In this document: positions 53,550 through 64,000 of the stretch, one piece after another
Layout: each line of letters starts with the position of its first letter
Numbering within the stretch: the first letter of the stretch is position 1
Source of the DNA: Mytilus edulis
Taxonomy: Eukaryota
Assembly (NCBI RefSeq): GCF_963676685.1
Contig: NC_092350.1
Span: 51,460,001 to 51,524,000 of the forward strand
DNA length: 64,000 nucleotides
Direction: 5' to 3'
Notes under the pieces: generated by a model
What the model saw: only the letters and a program-made list of their open reading frames with translations
What the model was told of the DNA's origin: nothing
Databases searched by the model: none
Made by a program: the position numbers and the translations under genes

Positions 53550-54040
53550 ATACTTGTGCAAGTCTGTACAACCATATATTCAAACTACCTATTATTGTCC
53601 GATAATACATATTATGTTTCACGGATTTTCCCCATTAATGAGTTGTCGAAGGAAATAGCTTTTTTGTATGAAACGGCATTGCTTTGCATTGGTAAATCAG
53701 GAAGACGAATCATCGTTTAGTTTTGTGTTTCTTTATGGTTATATCTAAATGTGTATTTTATGTACTTATTACAGTTCAAGACGTATTGTATATTTTATTA
53801 AATGTATATCAATATGCAGAAACCAGAAATGAAATACGGATAAAACATCCCTATTATTACTTGTGCCAGTTTGTGCAACCAATTATTCAAATTACCTATT
53901 ATTGTCCGAAAATACATATTAATTTTGACAGAGCTTCCTCTTAATGAGTTGTGGAAGGAAATAGTTTTCTTTTGTATGAAACGGCATTGCTTTATTTTGG
54001 TAAATCAGGAAGACGAGAAAGACGTACGAATTATCGTTTA
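53550..54040. repeat. Diverged ~308-bp tandem duplication
   Basis: tacttgtgc...tattattgtccga...tgtatgaaacggcattgcttt...ggtaaatcaggaagacga at about 53551 and 53858. Confidence 0.8.
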
Positions 54041-55610
54041 TGTTTGTGTATTTGTTATATCGAATGAAAATTATTTTCAATAATTATGTAAGTTGCAACT
54101 TTCGCTTTTAAAATCCTTCGATCAGTCAGTCATTCCAAGGGTTTGCTTGAGGGATGATGTTTACCAATTGCGTTAACAATGAATCTTTTTATCCATAATT
54201 TGCTATAGGAATAGGAAAATAAAAATGATGATTCGGGTAAAATGACGTAACAACAATACTAATTTTTCAAATTTACAATTTTATTTCGATCGGAAATTAT
54301 CTATGTGTATTCTATGTACTTCTTACAATTCAAGACATATTATATGTTTTATAAAATGTGCAAACACAATTGTTGCTGGTTGAAGGCTAAACAGAAAAAG
54401 CAACGTCCATACTTTTTCTGGCAATCTGTATCTTGAGCGGTTCTGGCTGTTTCTGTAAGATTTTTCTTTAGTTGTTTTACTATTGTACAAGTCACTTTAA
54501 GTTTTGAGATTCCCCTGTATAGTTTTGTCATAAATATTTTACCAGTACTAGCAAAGTGGCCTACCCTGTCAACACAAATGTTGAGAGTACGAACTTTTAA
54601 CGCGGTAACGTCCAGTAGCAAGTATTTTTATGCATATTCAAAACGAGTGTTATTTTTTAAGTTGCAGTTTATTGATAACATGCTAGACAGAACACGAAAG
54701 CTGAGGCCTATAACAGTATGATAAGGCTGTGTTGTAATTACACATCCTTATTGACACTTTTATATGTAATATCCTGTACAAATATTTACAATAAAACAAA
54801 CATGTCCTGTTTATTGGAGGTTAAGTGACACAATGAATTATTGAACATGTATACATTAAAAAATCAACAATTTTTTGTTATTGCTTTCAAATATGAAACC
54901 TTATTGGATTTGAGTTCTGGTACTGACGTATTATCGACTAAATGCTTTCATAAATTAAAAAAACTCTGCAAAAAATTAACATATTATGCAATACTATGCT
55001 CTGTCATTTATATTTAAAAATTCATTGCTATTGATTGCTAACCTTGTTTGCTTGATATCCTGTAGCAAATGATTCATGCAAACTCAGGACGAGTACAAAT
55101 GAAACAAATAAAGCACTTAGACCAAGTTACCTAATATTTGTTTCATGCACATTTGATTCGGTAGTTGTTAAGACACAGAACCAAGAAACGCTATTTCTTC
55201 CTCAAAATTTCTACTATATTAATATAAATAAGGCTTGAATGTCATATCAAGTCACAAAATAAGTGTACGAAGGCCAGTTAATGTCAAAGATGTCAAATTC
55301 AAGTTGTTGATAACGTCATGTGAAATGTCCAGATTACTTTATCCGTTTCATTTACCAAAAACTAAACATAATTTTGAAAGGATGGAATTTATTCTTTTTG
55401 AAATTTAATAATTGTTAACCGAATATCGATTATTAACTTATTTTTGCAATTATTACAATATAGAACAACATATTTATAAGGCTTCGGTTTAATATGCATT
55501 CATATAACAATCATGTTTATGTTGTTCACCAGTGAACCGGAATATGACGTGATAAGTTCGTGCCAAACTTATCAACGTCGATGATATGGTCGGGTCAAAG
55601 TTGTTTTAAG

Positions 55611-55900
55611 TAGTTATCAAAGGTATCAGAATTATAATTTAATACGCCAGACGCGCGTTTCGTCTACATAATTAGACTCACCAGTGACGCTCAGATCAAA
55701 AAAGTTGAAAAGCCAAACAAGTACAAAGTTGAAGAGCATTGAGATCCCAAATTTCAAAAAGTTGTGCCAAATACGGCTAAGGTAAATCCTTAGTTTTTTG
55801 GAAAATTCAAAGTTTTGTTACAGGAAATTATTAAAAATGACCATATAATTGATATTCATGTCAATACCGAAGTGCTGACTACTGGGCTGGTGATACCCTC
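55611..55900 (-). mobile_element. Retrozyme family A, single 5'-truncated unit with hammerhead at 55644-55692
   Basis: Colinear with the 9787-10096 unit. GAGCGTCA CTGGTGA GTCT...AGAC GAAA CGCGCG TC TGGCGT (A6>G in the core). Confidence 0.88.
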
Positions 55901-57639
55901 GTAACCTGACCTCACAAAGCCGATTTCATGAAGCGCGGAGCAGAGTGATAAAGAAAGTGGAAACACTTATATTTTCGGCACATTTTTATCAACATCTTCA
56001 AGTCAAAGTTTCTTGAGGTATGGCATCAAACAATATTTAAATTTGGAAACATAAGACACGTGTACAGTTCCTTCAATGTTTTTCTTCCACCTTGCCAAAA
56101 AGATATAATCTTTAATATCTCGCATTTTCGTCATTTTGATCGGCATCCACTAGTCTGAAGTTTCGTGTTATATGAGATGAAACTCTGTCTTGGAATATCA
56201 AAGATAGTGACACTTTTCCCGCCCCTTCGAGATACTACGTCCTGCTTACTTGAAATATCCATCATTAAAATATCACGCACATATTTGAAATTTTGATCAA
56301 ATTAAGTCATCAATCGTGATTGAGCGGGGGTATAATTAATGAACATTTGTAATAGTGCATCTTGTTTAAATCTCATTTCCTAAATGTGAATTCAATTAAC
56401 TTGTTTTGTAAATGTTGATTTAGTTCAAAATGCGTGCCTTTGTTTTAACTACAGTACAGTGAATTACGCAATTGTTCGTATTTTAATTTTGTAGGAGCTG
56501 TAGTATCAGTGATTTTATTACTGTATTATAAATCAAAGCGTCCCTCATTGACCAAATTTGCAAAGAAAATTATTATACAATCCACTTCATCTCACTAGAG
56601 CTTAAGTACAAATTAATAAAACCAATAGAAAACAACATCTTTGTCGTACTATGGTTGACGTTACGTAAGAGTAGTTTGTGAATTTTCTATTTGAAAAATC
56701 TTCCATTTACGTTAATTTCTAGTTATGACTTGGAAATGGAAGGAATCAGTGAAGTGCAATTGTAAAACAATTTTGTAAAATTAACGTTTTAAATTGTATT
56801 TTGTCTATGTTTGATTAATCTATTTAGAGAGATGTTCAAATGGTGTCGTAGAGTTGAAAAGACAAATCAAATTTAGTGTTTGCGAGATATGAGTTAGCAA
56901 ACAAAGATTTTGCCGATTTATTTTTCCGGGCCAAGATGGCAATATGAAACCATGTAAAAAAACAGATCAATATATTGCCAAACAGATGAATGGTTAAAGC
57001 GCAAATGTTCTGTTCATGCAGAATTGTTAAGGTGCAAATGTACGTACGTGCATGTCATGAAAAATGGTTAAAGCGCAAATGTGTTTTTTATTTATTTTTC
57101 TAAATCTAATTGTTCTGTGCATGTTTGTAAACTATACTTTGGTGAGGATAAAGGATGGCGCCTGAATTTTTTTTAACTCACTGCATTGGCCTAAGTCAGT
57201 ATTCTGTTGTTCATTGGTTGTCGTTTATAGTGTAGTTCTTACGTGTCTCTAGTTTCTCGTTTTTTTTTTTTTTTTGTATATATAGGTAGTTGTTTTCCCT
57301 GTTTGAATTGAGCGCACTTATCATTTTGGGGTCTTTTATAACTAACTGTACCGTGTGAGCAAAGGCTCTATGTTGAAGAAGGTATAAAGGTCAATTATTA
57401 ATACAGTGTGACTTAAATAAAGAGTTCTCTCATTGGCACTCATACCACGTCTTTTTGTGTCTTTTTTCATAAAAAATGCATGGTTAAAGTTCAAATGTAC
57501 TTGACATGACGAATGGTTCAAGGGCAAAAGTTTTCAGTCATGTGGTAAAGCTAAAGAATTTGCATTTTAGACGTAAAATAAGGTTTTAAATAAAACTAGA
57601 AATCAACATCGAGTTAAGAAAACATCCATTTCTTTTTAC

Positions 57640-58380
57640 CGCCTAATTTCATGATGTTAGGTCAATTGTTTTTTTTATTTGATGTAACTATCTTTTTTTT
57701 TTCTTTTTAGTTGATTTTTTCATATTTAACCTATTTATTGTGATTTAAAGACATATGGTGCATTATAATTAACCTTAAGAAATAAATTTCAAACACTTGA
57801 TAGTATGATTAAACCTTTCATGTTATGTAAACATGAAAACTGAGGAACTAAGCTTACTCTATGCATGCATGGACGAAGGCAACTAACGTTAACTTAGTAC
57901 ATGCTTGCATGGACTAACACAACAGAATAAGTCCATGTATGCATTGATGATGGCAACTAATGTTAATTTCGCCCATGCTTCATGGACTAACACAACAGAC
58001 TGGGGAGTCCATGCAGGCATGGACGAAGGAAACTACTGTGGATGTTAGCATGAGCTAAACTAATTTTACAAATGTATTGGAAATTATTCACTTATTCAAG
58101 CAGACTTAGTTCATGCAAGCATAGGCTAAATTAACATTAGTTGCATTCGTCCATGCATGCATGGAGTAAGCTTAGTTCCTAAGTGTTATTGTTTACATAA
58201 TATGAAAAGGTTTAGTCATACTATCAAGTGTTTGCAAGTTATTTCTTAATATAAGTTATAATGCACAATATGTCTTTAAATAATAATAAATAGGTTGAAT
58301 ATGAAAAAATCAAATAAGAAAAAAAGATGACAGTAACATAAAATTAAAAAATAATTGAACTAAAATCATGAAATTAAGCA
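57640..58380. mobile_element. Fold-back element with ~260-bp diverged inverted arms and internal sub-repeats
   Basis: For example aggaactaagcttactctatgcatgcatggacgaa (57843) vs ttcgtccatgcatgcatggagtaagcttagttcct (58146). Pairing extends out to aatttcatga/tcatgaaatt. Confidence 0.85.
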
Positions 58381-61300
58381 GAAAGACGTAATGCAGGTTT
58401 TCAATATATGAAACAACCATTACAAGTGCTATTACATAAGTGCATTCTGATATAACCAAGATTATATGCAATTAATTGACCAAGTTGTAGTTGAATTTCT
58501 CTCATGAGAACATATATTGTATATAACATTAAATTTACTCTTGAAATTGTATTAGTTATTTAAACAAAAATCTAACAATAAATGGGATCTCAAGTTTAGT
58601 TACCGGAGTACGACAGTAACATTTCAAAAAGGAAATTACTTGCAGCAACTACAACGTTAGTAGTGTAATCGAGTTAGACAATATACGGAATGCTCTACAA
58701 TTGTATTCTTAACTTTCATTCCGATGCTAATAAGGTCCAATTTGTTGGTTTCTGGTATATTATACCAGAGCTATTTTATACCTTGATAATGATTTTTTTT
58801 AAGTAAAAGAAAATTACTTACCGAATAAAAGGTATAAATAAATATGCTATCGTCTTTTTGGCTCCATTCACTGTCTGTCTAGACTTAAAAATAAGTTTGA
58901 ATTGCCGAATTGTGTTTGCGCCGTCCATATGTAGATTTATCAACTTGACATTCTCTCTTATTAGTATTTTACTTAAATATACGATAATTAGTATGTACTG
59001 CATTCTTAGAACAAAAAATCGACCTTATAAGATTATAATTAAATTCCATAGTATGTTTCATGACGTGCAGTTTTATATTTCATATAGATACGAATGATTG
59101 ATTGATTTCATTTTTGGTTGCTTAACGTCCAGTGGCAAATATTTCATGCAAGTTCAGGACGATACGTTCTACGAGTATAAGTAGACCACTTAAGTATGAG
59201 CTTAGTCATTTTGTGTTAGGGTTTTTATTTTTTTAATTGTTACCTCGAGCTCATTGACCTGTTCTGCTTTTAGAAATATAACATGTATAACATGTACATT
59301 TATTTTATATATAAAAACTATTAAAAAAAATGAGTTGCTGGAAACTGGAAATATCAATGGTACCTTATTATGTTTAATGTTAACTGATGCCACCATGACT
59401 CTCTCTAAATGTGAATTTTCAATAGCAAGATCAGTGTGAAAACTACTAATGCATTCCACTCTTGCAAAAGCTAAGTAGGACCAATCTATGAATTATTTAT
59501 ATGATTAAGTTGATCCTTATATGATACTACAACGATTTTTATACAGATCGATTTCTCTTTTCCTAAAATCTGCTAATGAATCAACTATCCATATACTAAC
59601 GTTATGAACTAACATTGCGTGCGAGCAATATGAAATCTGTCGGTATATGTTATTGCAATACTAATAAGCGAAACGCTTACGCTTGATTTAATTTGGAGAG
59701 AAAATGGTATATATAATATACAACATTATCACAGAGGCAAAGAAATATTTTTTTGTTAGCGATTAAAGTCATGACAAAATACGCTACGATAACGTTAAGT
59801 AATAAAAACCATTAGTGCATAGCTAAATTGCTTTCTATGCTTAATTCTGAAATTTCAAGTATTAATGGCTACATTGTCAGAAGCTCAAATACAGTGGCAT
59901 GCATTTGAAAACTATACCTTGTACTTTTGCTGAAAAATTCAACCTAATTATTACCTTAAATTGCATATTAGTGCATATCGGTTCATGGGAAGTTTAATAG
60001 TACAATACATGTTCTTCTGTTCGAAACAACATGCAAATGTGCTCTCCTATTATATTTGTATATACTTGTTTATTATTCAAAAGGATCTTTCAACAAGGTT
60101 CCTTGAGTGATCCCAGGTCTCCAATCTTTAATTTGATACCATAATTACCCAAATATTTCATCTATTGACACAGATACAGTAATGCGTAGGAAGTATTTCA
60201 TTTTGTTTAAATATGTTGATTTATACCTTAAGAGGAATTATTTGTTAATGCAGATATTTCATATATTGTTTTGCTCTTCTTTATTGTACTTTATTCGATA
60301 GTGATATAAAATAAATAGAGTCTGCAATGAGTTGTTAAAGATATGAAACTTTATCCAAGATACTAGTCTTATAATTTAGTATGAATAAAGGCAATATTAG
60401 TATACCGATGTTTAAAAGTCTTAAATCGATTAAAAGAAAACAAATCTGGGTAACAAACTAAAACTGAGGACAACACATCAACTATAAGAGGGAAACAACC
60501 AAACAACAGAACAATGAAGTGCAATAAAAAAAAACGCATTACAACATATATACACAGAAACGAAAAACTAGATACAAATACCTCATTCCTTAGTACTAAG
60601 TACTTAGTACAGGACATATTAAGAACAAAATGTGGGTTGAACCTGGTTTTGTGGCTAGCTAAACCTCGCGCTGTATGGGAACGTTAAATATACCGCTGAA
60701 ATGACAAGTGAAATAAAGTCACAGACACATGTTTTGTTTAAATAAGACTCATCTGTGGCCCTTAATGAAACCGACTGAAAGGCTGATGGGTCGAATCTTT
60801 GCGGTCGCTACTTTCTTTCATCAGCTGTATATATAAACGCTAAATTTAGATTTGTCTTCAAATACCCTTTTCTGGACATGACATTTACGTCTTATGTACT
60901 ACAAACAAAGACATAAAATGTTTATCCGATACAAGGATTTGAAATCCCTTTGTTGCATCCAATTAAACTCAAAGGTAGATCTATATAGACATTAACTGCT
61001 TGATCCCGATTTATATATAAACGTCAATGAGACAACAACCCAAATAAAGTTTTGTCTTTTATATATGAAAATAATGTTAACAGTTGTTACAAAATAGGAA
61101 ATGTATAGAGCCCCATCGACTCGGAACGAGAATAACCATGAATTTCACAATACAAAGATCTTGCTAGGAATATCAAAATTGTTGTTAAAAGTAATTGTTC
61201 GCGTCATTCAAAACAATTACAAAACAGCAGAGTATTGTTAGATAATTTAAACTTTATTCTGAAACTCATTTAAACCTGACAAACCATGTGTCAATAGCGT

Positions 61301-64000
61301 GTAAAATCAAATTAACAGATCTTTAAATCAGGAATTTGACTTCAAATTGAGCATGGACATAAAACAATTTCAAGGAAAAGAGTAGTCGTTCGCTTCGATA
61401 AAAAAAATCTCATTTCCGAATAACTAATGTTAAAATATTACACAAACTAATTTTGTTTTATATAATGCAATTTTAGGTGGTCACGAATACAATAAAATAG
61501 GATTTATGGAACTATTGGTCATATAAATCACACATTTTCTTGACATGAAAGAGCCCGTCAAAATCTATAGGGTATAACATAAGATTTAAAACATTTTGTA
61601 GCTTAGTATTTTTTGGGGGGTGGCGGGGGTTTTGTCTTTATTTATATCATACATTCCTATAGTTAAACACATATTGACATAATGTAACCCTTTGAAAAGT
61701 ATTGGGGGGGGGGATATTTATAAAGCTTTTGGTATAGTCGGGTACCTTCAGATCGAAAATTATTGACAATTGTGCTGTCACTATGAAATATATATATATA
61801 TAAACGGGAAAATACAACTGCGATTGAGAAAAATAAATCATTTCGATCGAAAAAAAAAAGAATCAACAAATCAATCAAAAGGAACCCCATCCTTCCACTG
61901 AACAATAGACGTTTTTATAAATACAAAGAACGGCATTACTCATAATTACTCTGAGACATTACTAATTAATTACAAAATAAAAGAAATCACTTATTTGGAA
62001 GACTCATCTGTGAATTTTCTTTCGTCTTGCTGTCCATGCTTAATCTGTTACAATAAGGAAGTCTCAAGAGGCATCCTCCAGACATATCTCTTTCGAGTAT
62101 GTACATAACAGACGCGCCTCTTCTTGTTACGAGAGTTTGATTGACACATGGTCTAGACATACCATGCTGGAATGTGCGAATTGTTTCAAAGGTGTCTATT
62201 GGATTACTTGAACAGAACAAGACGTAATGTTTACACCAGATGATGAAAATTTTATGTCGAAGCTGGAAGACCTTGACCCAGAGAACCATTTCATCCTTAT
62301 AATGAATTATTACTGTTAAAGTATTTTAAAAATACGACTTTAAGGTTTTTGTTAAAGTAAAATGATATAAATTAAACGATTGATAAGCAGCAAACAGAAC
62401 CCATCGTCATGTGCATATGTTTTATATTGTTTTTTCGTGGTGATAAATTGTTACTAATGATATAGGTGGCATGCATTAGGGATACTGAATCTTTTAATCT
62501 ATGCTTCGTTTTGCAGACTAATTTAGAATTATATTTTTAAATTTATCATATAGTTAAAAAGCAATTTTTAGATATCTTAAATTTTCTCTTTTTTTTTCAC
62601 GACAAAAAAAGAAGTCAATGTTAGATATATGGGCCAACCATTTTAGCCAAATTTTCGAGTCCTTATTTCTCTTAAACACGGCTACATTTCTTTCATATTA
62701 TTTTGTTCTGTAATTCATAAACAATAATATATAACAATAGTTTGAACTTGTAAATTCTAAACATAGCTGCCAAAATCGTTTACCAATTCCTTTGGTACCT
62801 AATATTGTTCATAAAAACATTCGAATTCTTTCAGATGTTAGCCTTAACGTCATATAGACATTCTATATTAGCTGAATCCCTTGCTTACCATAATTATCTT
62901 ATTTATAGGCTAATAGAACTGACCAATTGATCAGAATTGTTGTTGAAGTCGATAATTCAGACAATTAGAAGAGAAGATAAAATTCTCAGATTGAAATATA
63001 TTAGAAATCTGCTTCGTGAAATGTTACAGCGTCTAGGAGCTTTGAATACATAAATGTAGTTTTGAAAAATCATGTGGAAATAGTATTCTTATAGATAGAG
63101 ACCCCAAGGCGGCATTTTTTGTGTTATTAATAAATTTAAATTTAGACGGAAATTCATTCATGAATATACTCATGTCAGTTGCTAACGTTGATTTATCTTA
63201 CTCTCAATCTGAGTTTGTTTGTTTGTTTGTTTGTTTGCTTGGTTGGTTTTTTGTTGTTTTTTTTGTTGGGTTTTTTTTTTTTTTTTTTTTTTTTTGCATT
63301 ACTGCGTTCATATAAAGACAAAATCGTATCTTTTATAAATTTCAACATATTTTTTTTTATGATTAAGCATGGCGATAGTCGAATCAATTTCATTGAGCAA
63401 AAATGCGTTATATCTGGAAGTTGACAGCACAATATTTTTGAAAGCTGGATATATAAATAGCATGATTTATCAAAAATCAGCCTTGAACATGCCGTTCTAT
63501 AAATACATCAGTATGAAAAATCATCAGAAATTGTTTTCCAATATTTTCCATGTCTTCGTTTAACATAAAAGAACAGACCAGAAAATGGATATTAGAATAA
63601 GGAGAGCGATTATTAACTGTCATTTTCATATGTTTGTGTTTTTCAATTTTCATGGGAAAAAAATCTATTGAAAAGTATGATGGTATCATATTTATGCCAT
63701 ATATTTACTCCAGAGACAGTATCTATCAATTGGAAGTGCATATAGAATAACAAAAATACCAAACCGGATAGGAAAATCCAAGTAGAAAAATCCTTAATAA
63801 ATGGCAAAAGGGAAAGATCAAGCACACAAACGCATGGAAAACATCCGTCATATTCCTTCCTTACGTTGGAAATGGTTGTTAGCAAAAGCTCATAATCGTT
63901 TTGAAGGACTGCTATATACGCAGTATGTTTGAACATCCGTATTCATATCCATATTTTTTCAGTTTTCGTCATTTCGGTTTCATACATCTGAACAGCATCG

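Larger units (their letters stand above)
38525..54600. repeat. Large tandem segmental duplication, unit A
   Basis: Colinear blocks with unit B: 38525-40740 ~ 54605-55430, 47525-48480 ~ 56025-56980, 49840-50410 ~ 59250-59930, 50480-51730 ~ 61860-63090, 52400-53107 ~ 63340-64000. Confidence 0.9.
54605..64000. repeat. Large tandem segmental duplication, unit B (runs off the window)
   Basis: Same blocks in the same order and orientation. 93/120 identity in one hand-aligned block. Confidence 0.9.

Noticed and set aside
60770-60812. tRNA B-box-like ggtcgaatc
   Set aside because: No cloverleaf can be formed.

Overview
AT-rich, intron-containing animal DNA. The repeat families, the C1q-domain genes and the retrozyme type point to a bivalve, probably a Mytilus mussel (inference). 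Supported genes: a 3-exon secreted TSP1+vWA gene (-, 320 aa), a 2-exon secreted C1q-domain gene (-, 200 aa), a C1q pseudogene broken by nested transposons, an intact U4 snRNA gene with a PSE-like promoter (-), and an orphan RING-H2 exon (+). The rest is dense with mobile elements: TTAA-flanked, hAT-like and Harbinger-like MITEs, fold-back elements, Helentron-type and Crypton-like non-autonomous elements, and LINE and Penelope RT fragments. The right 40% is an old, diverged tandem duplication (about 38.5-54.6 kb vs 54.6->64 kb). The most notable system is a set of hammerhead-ribozyme retrozymes in two families. They share a second, covarying pseudoknot-like RNA motif, and two ~42-nt insertions start at the ribozyme cleavage site. 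All alignments were done by eye, so element edges are approximate.
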